DNA of 39,644 bases from Acidimicrobiia bacterium (lineage in GTDB: Bacteria; Actinomycetota; Acidimicrobiia; IMCC26256; BP-133). Below, one piece after another: positions 29,693-38,795 of the stretch. The notes below the pieces were generated by a model. It was given only the letters and a program-made list of their open reading frames with translations, was not told the origin of the DNA and searched no databases. Location: assembly GCA_050741935.1 (NCBI GenBank), contig JBOGFE010000644.1, positions 1 through 39,644 on the forward strand, in the 5' to 3' direction. A program made the translations under genes and the position numbers. Positions within the stretch are counted from its first letter, which is position 1; each line of letters opens with the position of its first letter.

Positions 29693-30231
29693 GCAGCGAC
29701 GCGGGTCCGCCTGTCCTCGATGCGCCCCGCATCCTCGAGGTCCTCAACCGTCATTGCGTCGACTACGTCATCATCGGTGCGTACGCCGCTCAGATGCACG
29801 GAGCGCCGATTCGAAAGACGGAGGACATCGACGTCACCCCTTCCCGGGGTCGAGACAACCTCCACCGCCTGTCCATGGCCCTGAGGGAGCTGGGGGCTCG
29901 GGTCCGCACCGTCGGGGTACCTGGAGGCCTGGTCTTCGATCACGACGGAACATCCCTCGGTCGATCCGCAATGTGGAACCTCACTTGTCCGTTCGGCGAC
30001 TTCGATCTCTCCTTCGAACCGTCGGGAACAGAGGGTTTCGCCGACCTGAACCGAGATGCAATGACCTTGGCCGTCGGCGGCGTTCCCGCCCGGGTTGCCA
30101 GCCTGGAGGACGTCATCCGTTCCAAACGGGCGGCGGGCAGACCCAAGGACCTCGCGGTGCTCCCGACGCTCATCGCCACCGCCCAGCGCCAGCGACAGGC
30201 CGGGGACGCCGTGGGGGAAGCCGATGCTTGA
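29689..30231 (+). CDS. Minimal nucleotidyltransferase-like protein, paralogue of 10424..10918
   Basis: YVIIGAYAAQMHGAPIRKTEDIDVTPSR carries the G-x-D-x-D NTase motif, and GRPKDL lies near the C-terminus. There is an ATGA overlap with the HTH gene. Confidence 0.7.
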   Translation: MSSDAGPPVLDAPRILEVLNRHCVDYVIIGAYAAQMHGAPIRKTEDIDVTPSRGRDNLHRLSMALRELGARVRTVGVPGGLVFDHDGTSLGRSAMWNLTCPFGDFDLSFEPSGTEGFADLNRDAMTLAVGGVPARVASLEDVIRSKRAAGRPKDLAVLPTLIATAQRQRQAGDAVGEADA

Positions 30232-30234
30232 GCG

Positions 30235-30651
30235 TCAGGCGGGCGAGGTGAGGTAGGCCTCGGTCAGCCAGCCGCGGATGTCGTCGTCGACGTCGGCCGG
30301 GGTGCGGAGGTTGGCGACGTGGAAGTAGCTGCCGTGGTAGCGCTGCACCTTCCTGACGATGGTGCGGTGGCGGACCGGGTGGGGCAGCGAGAACGACAGG
30401 GCCACCCACTGCTGCATGGGCCGCAGCTGGGCGAAGCTCTTGGACCGCTTGAGGAAGATGCCCACCGAGACCGGCTCGACGTGCACGGGGCCCACCGTCT
30501 CCAGGTGGCGCATCACGGCCTCGAAGATGGGCCGCTCGTGGGCCGGGCCGGTCGAGAAGTACTCCTCCAGCGACATGGCCGGGGCACACTCGTGGGCCTG
30601 GCGGGGTCGGGCGAACCGGCGGCCGCACTCCGGGCAGATGAACGCCGGCAC
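30235..30651 (-). CDS. Small protein with an N-terminal CPxC...HxC zinc-ribbon-like motif and a DUF5655-like body (tentative)
   Basis: MPAFICPECGRRFARPRQAHEC..., then IFLKRSKSFAQLRPMQQWVALSFSLP...HVANLRTPADVDDDIRGWLTEAYL. GTG start. The stop lies only 3 nt from the convergent NTase stop. Confidence 0.5.
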   Translation of the reverse strand: MPAFICPECGRRFARPRQAHECAPAMSLEEYFSTGPAHERPIFEAVMRHLETVGPVHVEPVSVGIFLKRSKSFAQLRPMQQWVALSFSLPHPVRHRTIVRKVQRYHGSYFHVANLRTPADVDDDIRGWLTEAYLTSPA

Positions 30652-30811
30652 GGCCGAAATCGTGCCTCATCCACCACCCGCTCGCCTTAGATTGGCCGGC
30701 CGTGACCAACCTCGACGGTGCCCTGGTCCGGCTGCGCCCGGCCACCAGGGACGACATCCGCGATCCTCGCCGAGGAGCTCACCGACTGAACGAGCTGTGA
30801 CTGGAGATGCG

Positions 30812-32503
30812 ATGACCCCCACCCCCGTCCACTTCGACGACGTGTCCGCCCCCCGGCCCGACCTCGCCGCCCTGGCCGGCCTCGTCGGCGCGCTGGAAGC
30901 GGGCCTCACCGACGCCCGGACCGTGGAGGAGTGCCTGGCCACGGTGCGGGCCTGGGACGGGCTGCGCCGGGAGGTCGGGACCTACAACGCGCTGGTCGAG
31001 CTGCGCTTCAACCAGGACACCACCGACCCCGCCCGCAAGGCCGCCCGGGAGGCGTGGGACGAGGTCCAGCCCCGCTGGACGGAGCTCGAGGTGTCCATGA
31101 AGCGGGCCCTGCTGGGCCACCCGTTGCGGGCCGGGCTCGAGGCGGCCCTGGGCGGCCAGGCCTTCGCCCTGTGGGAGTCCGATGTGCTCGCCTTCGATCC
31201 GGCCATCAAGGAGGACCTGGCCCGGGAGGCGAAGATCGGCGCCGAGTACGTCGAGCTCCTGGCCTCGGCCGAGCTGTCCTTCGGGGGCGAGCAGCTCAAC
31301 CTCTCCTCCATCGTGAAGCACCGCCAGAGCGCCGACCGGGACGTCCGCCACGGCGCCGAGCAGGTCCTGTGGGAGTGGTTCGCGGCCAACGGGGAGAACC
31401 TCGACCGCATCTTCGACGACCTGGTGGGGCTGCGGACGTCGATGGCGCAGCGCCTCGGCTACGACGACTTCGTCACCATGGGCTACCGGCGGATGTGCCG
31501 GGTCGACTACGACCGGGCCGACGTCGAGCGCCTGCGGGCCGCCGTCGTCGACCATGTCGTCCCCTTCACCACCGAGCTGCGGGCCCGGCAGGCCGGCGCC
31601 CTGGGCCTCGAGGGCGTCTGCGCCTGGGACGAGGCCGTCCACGACGACCAGGCCAGCCCGGCCCCGGGAGGCGATCACGACTGGATGCTGGCCCGGGCCC
31701 GGGAGATGTTCGACGCCATGGGCGACCTCGGCCCCTTCTTCCGGTTGATGGACGACGGCGGCTTCCTCGACCTCGAGACCCGCCAGGGCAAGTCGGGCGG
31801 CGGGTTCTGCACCAGCTTCCCCACCGTGGGCATGCCCTTCGTCTTCGCCAACTTCAACGGCACCAAGGGCGACGCCGAGGTCTTCAGCCACGAGATGGGC
31901 CACGCCTTCCAGAACTACAAGAGCCGCGGCGTCCCGCTGTTCGACTACCAGTGGCCGACCTACGAGTCGGCCGAGATCCACTCCATGAGCCTCGAGTTCC
32001 TCACGTGGCCGCACATGGAGCGGTTCTTCGGGCCCGACGCCGAGCGGTTCCGGCGCGTGCACCTGATCGAGGCAATCCTCTTCCTGCCCTACGGCACGGC
32101 CGTCGACCACTTCCAGCACGAGATCTACACCCGCCCCGATCTCAGCCCGGCCGAGCGCCACGACCTGTGGCGGGACATGGAACGGACATACCTCCCGTGG
32201 CGGGACTGGGGCGATCTCGACTACCCGGCCCGGGGCGGACGGTGGCAGCTGCAGCGTCACGTCTACCTGATGCCCTTCTATTACATCGACTACGTCCTGG
32301 CCCAGACCTGCGCCCTGCAGTTCTGGAGCCGGGCCGAAAGCGACTTCGACGGGGCCATGGCCGCCTACGTCACCCTCTGCGAGCGGGGCGGCCAGGCCCC
32401 CTTCCAGGAGCTCGTCCGCTCCGCCGGCCTCACCAGCCCCTTCGAGGCCGGCTGCCTGGCCGAGGTCGTCGGCCGGGCCCGCACCGCCCTCGGCGCTCCA
32501 TAA
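30812..32503 (+). CDS. pepF: M3-family oligoendopeptidase F
   Basis: The HEMGHAFQ zinc motif is present and the overall length and pattern are PepF-like. ATG 30812 lies 6 nt after GGAG. Confidence 0.85.
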   Translation: MTPTPVHFDDVSAPRPDLAALAGLVGALEAGLTDARTVEECLATVRAWDGLRREVGTYNALVELRFNQDTTDPARKAAREAWDEVQPRWTELEVSMKRALLGHPLRAGLEAALGGQAFALWESDVLAFDPAIKEDLAREAKIGAEYVELLASAELSFGGEQLNLSSIVKHRQSADRDVRHGAEQVLWEWFAANGENLDRIFDDLVGLRTSMAQRLGYDDFVTMGYRRMCRVDYDRADVERLRAAVVDHVVPFTTELRARQAGALGLEGVCAWDEAVHDDQASPAPGGDHDWMLARAREMFDAMGDLGPFFRLMDDGGFLDLETRQGKSGGGFCTSFPTVGMPFVFANFNGTKGDAEVFSHEMGHAFQNYKSRGVPLFDYQWPTYESAEIHSMSLEFLTWPHMERFFGPDAERFRRVHLIEAILFLPYGTAVDHFQHEIYTRPDLSPAERHDLWRDMERTYLPWRDWGDLDYPARGGRWQLQRHVYLMPFYYIDYVLAQTCALQFWSRAESDFDGAMAAYVTLCERGGQAPFQELVRSAGLTSPFEAGCLAEVVGRARTALGAP

Positions 32504-32531
32504 CCGGGGGCAACCTGCCGATCAGAACGAC

Positions 32532-35500
32532 GTGACCCTGCTGTCAGTCGTCGAGTGGCTGGAGCTGGGAGTCTTCGTCGTGCTGGCGGGAGCGTCCCTG
32601 GAGCAGTGGCGCCGCCGCCGGGAGGAGTCGGCCGCCTGGCTGGCCGTGACTTTTGCCCTGCTCGGCGGGATCCTCCTGGCCGACCGGTTCGTCCCCTACT
32701 CCCTCAAGGTGACGGGCGACTGGTTCGACCGGCTGTTGATCGTCGACCTCGCCCTGTTCCCCTACTGCCTGTACCGCTTCACCTCCGCCTTCCCGGGGGT
32801 GTCGCACCGGGCCCGGGCTCTCGCCGGCCGGGGCACGGCGCTGGTGGCGGCGGCCACCTTCGTCCTCCCCACCATCCCGGGCGGACATCCCGGGTCGTGG
32901 CCGTGGTGGTACCAGACCTACGTGGCGATCTTCCTGATCGGATGGACCGCCCTGTCGCTCCTGTCCGTGTTCCGGCTGTGGCGCTGTGGCCGGGGCCAGC
33001 CGGAGGTCGCCCGCCAGCGCATGCGCCTGCTGGCCATCGCCGGCGTGGTCCTCAACCTCACGATCTTCCTGCTGGCCAACTCCAACGACCACGCCTGGAC
33101 CGGAGCGCTCAGCGGGGTGCTCTTCCTCGTCGGCTTCGCCCCGCCACCGGTGCTGCGGGCCCGCTGGCGCCGGCCGGAGCTGGAGGCCTTCCGCCGGGCC
33201 CAGGCCGATCTGATGAGCGCCGACGCCTCGGAACGGGTGACGGCGCTGATGCTGCCCCACGCCGCCCGCCTGGTCGGCGCCCGGGCGGCGCTGCTCGTCG
33301 ATCCCGACGGGGCGGTGCGGGCCTGCCACGGCATCCCCGAACCCGAAGCGGCGCTGCTGGCCGGGCGCCTCCCCACCCCCGACGCCGCCCACGACGGCCC
33401 GTTGATCGTGCCCGACATGGTGGCCGTGCGGGTCCGATCGGGGTGGCTGGCGGTCATCGTGACGGCGTCGACGCCGTTCTTCGGGCGGGAGGAGCTCGGT
33501 CTCCTCCAGACCCTGGCCCGCCTCGCCGGCCTCGCCCTCGAGCGGGCCGAGCTCTTCGACCGGGAGCGGATCGGGCGCCAGGCCCTGGCCGAACGGGAGT
33601 TCCAACTGGCCGAGGCCCAGCGGACAGCCCGCCTGGGCAGCTTCACCTGGGACCTCCGGACCGGCACCGCCACCTGGTCGGACGAGATGTACCGCCTCCT
33701 GGGCTTCGCCCCCGGGGGGGTCGCCGACCACGGGGCGGCCTTCGCCTCGCGGCTCCATCCCGACGACCGGGACGGGGTCATCGAGGTCTGGCAGGCGGCC
33801 CCGCAGGCCTCGGCGCCGGCCTCGATCGAGTACCGCATCGTCCTGCCCGACGGTGAGACCCGCTGGATCCACGGCCAGTTCCGCCCGGTCTTCGACGAGG
33901 CCGGGACGCTCACCCGGCTCATCGGGACGGTCCAGGACATCACCGAGCGCAAGCTGGCCGAGGAGGCCATCCTCTTCCAGGCCGGGCACGACTCGCTCAC
34001 CCAGCTGCCCAACCGGGCCCTGTTCCTCGACCGTCTCGGCCAGGTGCTCCTCCGGCGCGGCCGCCACCCGTCGGGCACGGCCGTCCTGTTCCTGGACCTC
34101 GACCGGTTCAAGTGGCTCAACGACAGCCTGGGCCACGCCGCCGGCGACGAGCTGCTGGTGGCGGTGGCCGCCCGCCTGCAGAGCGCCATGCGGGCCGAGG
34201 ACACGGTGGCCCGCTTCGGGGGCGACGAGTTCGTGGTGGTCTGCGCCGACGTCACCGACGAGGCCGAGGCCGAGGCGCTGGCCGACCGGCTGGCGGCGGT
34301 CCTCGCCGCGCCCCTCCTGGTCGGCGGCGAGGAGACGACGGTCACGGTCAGCATCGGGATCGCCTACGCCCCGCCCGAGAGCGCGGAGGTGAGTGCCGAG
34401 TCGCTCGTACGCGATGCCGACGCCGCCATGTACCGGGCCAAGGAACAAGGCCGGAACCGCCACGCCGTCTTCGACACCGACACCCTGGCACTCGCCATCG
34501 CCCGCCACGAGACGGCCAACGCCCTGCGCCGGGGCATCGACCGGGGCGAGCTCGTGGTCCACTACCAGCCCGCCCTCGACCTGGCCGGCGGCCGCGTCGT
34601 CGGGGTTGAGGGGCTGGTGCGCTGGAACCACCCCCAGCGGGGCCTCATCGGTCCCGCCGACTTCATCTCCCTGGCCGAGGACACCGGCCTCGTCGTCCCC
34701 ATCGGAGCCGAGGTCCTGGCCACCGCCTGCCGCCAGGTCATGGCCTGGCAGGAGAGCGGATGCGCCCGCGACGACCTGTCCCTGTCGGTCAACCTGGCCG
34801 CCCGCCAGCTCCTCGCCCCCGACCTGTGCGCCGTCGTCGAGGAGGCGCTGGCCGATTCGGGCTTCGCAGCGCACCGGCTGTGCCTCGAGATCACCGAGAG
34901 CGCCCTGCTGGAGGACAGCGACTCCAGCACCCGGGCGCTGGGCCGGCTCAAGTCGCTGGGGGTCCAGATCGGGGTCGACGACTTCGGGACGGGCTTCTCG
35001 TCGCTCACCTACCTCAAGCGGTTCCCCGTCGACGTCCTCAAGATCGACCGGTCCTTCGTCGCCGGCGTGTGCCGCGACCGGGAGGACCGGGCCATCGTGG
35101 CCAGCGTCATCGACCTGGCCCACGCCTTCGGTCTGACCACGGTGGCCGAAGGGGTGGAGACCGCCGAACAGCTGGCCCAGCTGCGCTCCCTCGGCTGTGA
35201 GCAGGGGCAGGGCTACCTGTGGAGCCGCCCCCTGCCGGCGGAGGTCGCCGGCCGGTGGATCGCCGCCCACGCCCGCCCCCGGCACCCCGGGCCGGCTCCG
35301 TCCCCGGGGCGGGCCCGCCACCGGGTGCTGCTGGTGGACGACGACGTCTCGCTGCGCCGCCTGACCCGCTTCGTGCTCGACGACGACGGTGGCTTCGAGG
35401 TCGTCGGCGAGGCCGGCGACGGGCGCGAGGCCGTCACCCTGGCCCGCCGGCTGCGCCCCGACCTCGTGCTGCTCGACCTGGCCATGCCCGGCATCGGCGG

Positions 35501-35687
35501 GCTGGAGGCCCTGCCCATGATCCGGGCGGTCGCCCCCGAGGCCCGGGTCGTCGTGCTCTCGGGGCTGGAGCCGGCCGCCTACGCCGAGGCCACCCGCCGC
35601 CAGGGCGCCGCCGCCTACTGCGCCAAGGGCGGCGACCCGACCACGCTGCCCGACCTCCTCGGCGTCCTGCTCCTCCAGGGCAACTAG
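32532..35687 (+). CDS. Membrane-anchored signalling protein: N-terminal TM sensor region, GAF-like, PAS, GGDEF (with RxxD I-site), EAL, and a C-terminal REC receiver domain
   Basis: The N-terminus has hydrophobic helices. The PAS domain reads FTWDLRTGTATWSDEMYRLLGF...IEYRIVLPDGETRWI. The diguanylate cyclase domain has RAEDTVARFGGDEFVV. The EAL domain has EGLVRW, EITES, DDFGTG, KIDRSF and EGVE. The REC domain reads VLLVDDD...DLVLLDLAMPG. Confidence 0.9.
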   Translation: MTLLSVVEWLELGVFVVLAGASLEQWRRRREESAAWLAVTFALLGGILLADRFVPYSLKVTGDWFDRLLIVDLALFPYCLYRFTSAFPGVSHRARALAGRGTALVAAATFVLPTIPGGHPGSWPWWYQTYVAIFLIGWTALSLLSVFRLWRCGRGQPEVARQRMRLLAIAGVVLNLTIFLLANSNDHAWTGALSGVLFLVGFAPPPVLRARWRRPELEAFRRAQADLMSADASERVTALMLPHAARLVGARAALLVDPDGAVRACHGIPEPEAALLAGRLPTPDAAHDGPLIVPDMVAVRVRSGWLAVIVTASTPFFGREELGLLQTLARLAGLALERAELFDRERIGRQALAEREFQLAEAQRTARLGSFTWDLRTGTATWSDEMYRLLGFAPGGVADHGAAFASRLHPDDRDGVIEVWQAAPQASAPASIEYRIVLPDGETRWIHGQFRPVFDEAGTLTRLIGTVQDITERKLAEEAILFQAGHDSLTQLPNRALFLDRLGQVLLRRGRHPSGTAVLFLDLDRFKWLNDSLGHAAGDELLVAVAARLQSAMRAEDTVARFGGDEFVVVCADVTDEAEAEALADRLAAVLAAPLLVGGEETTVTVSIGIAYAPPESAEVSAESLVRDADAAMYRAKEQGRNRHAVFDTDTLALAIARHETANALRRGIDRGELVVHYQPALDLAGGRVVGVEGLVRWNHPQRGLIGPADFISLAEDTGLVVPIGAEVLATACRQVMAWQESGCARDDLSLSVNLAARQLLAPDLCAVVEEALADSGFAAHRLCLEITESALLEDSDSSTRALGRLKSLGVQIGVDDFGTGFSSLTYLKRFPVDVLKIDRSFVAGVCRDREDRAIVASVIDLAHAFGLTTVAEGVETAEQLAQLRSLGCEQGQGYLWSRPLPAEVAGRWIAAHARPRHPGPAPSPGRARHRVLLVDDDVSLRRLTRFVLDDDGGFEVVGEAGDGREAVTLARRLRPDLVLLDLAMPGIGGLEALPMIRAVAPEARVVVLSGLEPAAYAEATRRQGAAAYCAKGGDPTTLPDLLGVLLLQGN

Positions 35688-35787
35688 GTCCCGCTCGACG
35701 GCGAGGCGCTCCCCCGGCGACCGCGCCGGTTGGCACCCCCTTCCCGGTGGCTATAGAACCATTGCCACGCCACGAAAGGACGCTGCC

Positions 35788-37059
35788 ATGACAGAGCGCC
35801 GGTCCCCGGTGAACAGCGACGCCGATCCCTCCCCCATCGGCTCGGTCCCCCCGCGGGGCGAGATCCCCGCCACGATGCACGCCCAGGTGGTGCGCCAGGC
35901 CCGTTACGGCGAGCCGGCCACGGCCTTCGAGGTCGAGGTGGTCGACACCCCGTCCATCGGGCCCGACGAGGTCCTCATCTCCGTGATGGCGGCGGGCATC
36001 AACTACAACAACGTGTGGGCCGCCCGGGGCTACCCGGTCGACCAGGTGGCCGTCCGCCAGAAGCAGGGCGAGCCCGAGGACTTCCACGTGGGGGGCAGCG
36101 ACCTGTCGGGCGTCGTCTACGCCGTGGGCGACGACGTCACCAACGTGGGCGTGGGCGACGAGGTCGTGGTCCACCATGGCTGGTGGCTGCCCGAGGACAA
36201 GTGGGTGCAGGCGGGCAGGGACCCGATGCTCGCCCCATCGGCCCGCATCTGGGGCTACGACACCAACTACGGCTCCTTCGGCCAGTTCAGCCGGGCCCAG
36301 GCCCACCAGGTCATGCCCAAGGCCGAGCGGCTCACCTGGGAGGAGGCGGCCGCCCCCACCCTGGTGGGCACCACCGCCTACCGCATGCTCCACGGCTGGG
36401 CGCCCAACACCGTCCAGGCCGACGACGTGGTGCTCGTCTGGGGCGGCTCCGGCGGCCTCGGGTCCCAGGCCATCCAGCTGGCCCGCCACGCCGGCGCCCA
36501 GGCCGTGGCCGTCGTCTCCGACGACGAGCGGGGCGCCTACGCCCAGAAGCTGGGGGCGGCGGGCTTCATCAACCGCAGGGACTACGGCCACTGGGGCATC
36601 CCGCCCCGGGTCGACGACGCCGCCGGCCAGAAGGAGTGGGGCGCCGGCGCCCGGGCCTTCGGCAAGAAGCTGTCCGAGATCCTCGGCGCCCGCCAGGACC
36701 CGGCCATCGTCTTCGAGCACCCGGGCCAGAACACGATCCCGACGAGCATCTACCTGTGCGCCACCGGCGGCATGGTGGTCATCTGCGCCGGAACCACCGG
36801 CTACGACGCCGTCGTCGACCTGCGCTACCACTGGACCCGCCAGAAACGGCTCCAGGGTTCGCACGGCACCAACGACGACCAGGCCAACCGGTACAACGAA
36901 CTGGTCCGCCAGGGCGCCATCGATCCCTGCCTGGGCAAGGTCCGCCCCTTCACCGAGATCCCCGCCGCCCACGAGGACATGGCCCAAGGCGTCGAGGTCT
37001 TCGGCAACACCGTGTGCCTGGTGGGCGCCGCTGGACCCGGGAGCGGCCGCCGGGGGTAG
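35788..37059 (+). CDS. ccr: Crotonyl-CoA carboxylase/reductase
   Basis: AAGINYNNVWAA, IWGYDTNYGSFGQF and LVWGGSGGLGSQAIQLA are hallmark Ccr/MDR motifs. The length (423 aa) fits. Confidence 0.85.
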   Translation: MTERRSPVNSDADPSPIGSVPPRGEIPATMHAQVVRQARYGEPATAFEVEVVDTPSIGPDEVLISVMAAGINYNNVWAARGYPVDQVAVRQKQGEPEDFHVGGSDLSGVVYAVGDDVTNVGVGDEVVVHHGWWLPEDKWVQAGRDPMLAPSARIWGYDTNYGSFGQFSRAQAHQVMPKAERLTWEEAAAPTLVGTTAYRMLHGWAPNTVQADDVVLVWGGSGGLGSQAIQLARHAGAQAVAVVSDDERGAYAQKLGAAGFINRRDYGHWGIPPRVDDAAGQKEWGAGARAFGKKLSEILGARQDPAIVFEHPGQNTIPTSIYLCATGGMVVICAGTTGYDAVVDLRYHWTRQKRLQGSHGTNDDQANRYNELVRQGAIDPCLGKVRPFTEIPAAHEDMAQGVEVFGNTVCLVGAAGPGSGRRG

Positions 37060-37167
37060 CTGGAGGGTGTCGCCACCCGTCATTTTTCGGATGGCGAAAG
37101 AAAAAAAACCGCTCTGAGTCCACCAGGTGCCACCCCTCGGGCCCCGCCATGATTTACCTTCGATGGT

Positions 37168-38649
37168 GTGGAACCGGAGGTGGTGGCGCCGGGGGGACGT
37201 CTCCGCCGGCACCGGGCCCTGATCGCCGTACTGTCGGGGCTGTCGCTGGGGGCTGGGGCACTGATCGGGGTGGCGCCGTGGTCGAAGCCGCACCCGGTAC
37301 GCATGGCGTCCGCGCCCAGGCCCGCCCCGACGACCACGGCGGCGCCGGTCACCGCCCCGCCCACCACCGCGCCTCCCGTGGTCGAGGTGGCCACGACCAC
37401 CACCACGGTGGCCGCCCCGCCGGTCACGGCCCCGCCTCCCCCGCCCCCCGTGGCGGTGGCGGCGGCCGCGCCCGCGACATTCGGCGCCCGCCTCGAGCAG
37501 GCGATGGCGGGAACTCCCGGCTGCCTGGTGGTGGAGCGCGACGGGGTGGTGCTCTTCGAGCGCAACCCGTTGCTGTCGCTGGTGCCCGCCTCCAGCCAGA
37601 AGCTGATGGTGGGGATCGCCGCCCTGGCCCGCCTCGGCCCCGACTTCCGATTCGAGACCCAGGTGGTGGCCCCGGTCGCCCCCACCGACGGCCGGCTGGA
37701 CAACGCCTGGCTGGTCGGCGCCGGCGACCCCTACCTGGACACTCCCGACTACATCGCCTACGCCGCCTCCAAGCCCCGCCTGGTCACGCGGCCCCTCCCG
37801 CCCCTCACCACGCTGGCCGCCGCCCTCGTCGCCGCCGGCGTCCGGGACATCCCCGGCGGCCTCTATCCCGACGAGTCCCGCTACGACACCGCCCGGTCCG
37901 TGCCCACCTGGAAGCCGTCCTACGTCCGGGAGGCCGAGGTGGGCTCGATCGGCGCCCTCACCGTGAACGAGGGCTTCGATTCCTACGGTTCCTCGCAGGT
38001 GGTGGCCGCCGACCCGGCCGCCAACACCACCCGCGCCCTCACCGCCATGCTCCACGAGCGGGGCGTGGCCGCCGCCGAGCCCGGCCCGGCGCCGGACGGC
38101 AGCCGCACCGCCCCCGCCGGGGTGGTGGTGGCCTCGGTGCGCTCGGCCCCTCTGGGCGCCATCGTGTCGGCCATGCTCCGGGCCAGCGACAACTACTCCG
38201 CCGAGATGCTGCTGCGGGAGCTCGACCGCCAGACGGGCGGGCCGGGCACCACCGCCGGCGGAGCCGCCCGGGTGGTCGAGGAGATGGCCCGGGCCGGCGT
38301 CGGTACCGAGGGCGTGCACCTCAACGACGGCTCGGGGCTCGACCTGGGCAACCGGTCGACGTGCCGGGCCCTGCTCGGCGCCCTGGCCCTGTCGGCCCGG
38401 CCCGACTTCAGCGCCGCCGGCGAGGGGCTGGCCGTCGCCGGCCGCTCGGGCACGCTGCTCAAGCGCTTCCTGGGCACACCCGTGGAGGGGCGCCTGGCGG
38501 CCAAGACCGGATGGCTCTCGGGCGCCGCCGCCCTGGTCGGCCGGATCGACTCGCTGCGCTTCGCCCTGGTGGTGAACGGCAACTTCAACTGGGCCACGGC
38601 CGCGGCGCTGCAGCAGCGGGTGGTGGCCGTCCTGGCGACCGCCCCTTGA
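37168..38649 (+). CDS. dacB: D-alanyl-D-alanine carboxypeptidase/endopeptidase, PBP4 (S13) family
   Basis: SxxK (PASSQKL), SxN (RASDNY) and KTG (AAKTGW) are present in the right order, with an N-terminal membrane/signal segment. The GTG start at 37168 is uncertain. Confidence 0.8.
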   Translation: MEPEVVAPGGRLRRHRALIAVLSGLSLGAGALIGVAPWSKPHPVRMASAPRPAPTTTAAPVTAPPTTAPPVVEVATTTTTVAAPPVTAPPPPPPVAVAAAAPATFGARLEQAMAGTPGCLVVERDGVVLFERNPLLSLVPASSQKLMVGIAALARLGPDFRFETQVVAPVAPTDGRLDNAWLVGAGDPYLDTPDYIAYAASKPRLVTRPLPPLTTLAAALVAAGVRDIPGGLYPDESRYDTARSVPTWKPSYVREAEVGSIGALTVNEGFDSYGSSQVVAADPAANTTRALTAMLHERGVAAAEPGPAPDGSRTAPAGVVVASVRSAPLGAIVSAMLRASDNYSAEMLLRELDRQTGGPGTTAGGAARVVEEMARAGVGTEGVHLNDGSGLDLGNRSTCRALLGALALSARPDFSAAGEGLAVAGRSGTLLKRFLGTPVEGRLAAKTGWLSGAAALVGRIDSLRFALVVNGNFNWATAAALQQRVVAVLATAP

Positions 38650-38795
38650 GGTCCGCGACCCGGGGGCCCACACGACCTACCCTCGGATTGCGTCATTTGA
38701 CCCGGAGTCGTTTTGCCCGGAGCCGCAGGCGCGAGGTGGCTCCGGCGTCGAAGAGAAGGTAACGAACGGACAGGCTCCCCTACCGGGAGGAATGA

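Noticed and set aside
30229-30237. Convergent stops of the NTase (30231) and the DUF5655-like gene (30235), only 3 nt apart with no terminator
   Set aside because: The observation is real but common in compact high-GC genomes. It carries no specific functional implication beyond possible transcriptional interference.
10003-30811. Search for integrase, transposase, tRNA, att repeats or phage structural genes that would make the accessory block a defined mobile element or prophage
   Set aside because: No such genes or RNA genes were recognised in any frame or intergenic region. The only phage-like element is the signal-less CHAP hydrolase. The island idea therefore remains a hypothesis and no mobile_element feature is called.
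32544-35321. 925-aa antisense ORF opposite the GGDEF-EAL gene; similar antisense or out-of-frame ORFs at 21911..23923, 21919..24375, 23979..25562, 25559..26635 and 16183..17373
   Set aside because: These are shadow ORFs of strongly supported sense genes. Their composition is low-complexity Arg/Gly/Pro.
35434-38673. 1079-aa ORF on the - strand spanning ccr and the PBP4 gene (also 36015..38762 +)
   Set aside because: It crosses an intergenic region and two well-supported sense genes, is extremely R/G/P-rich and has no motifs.
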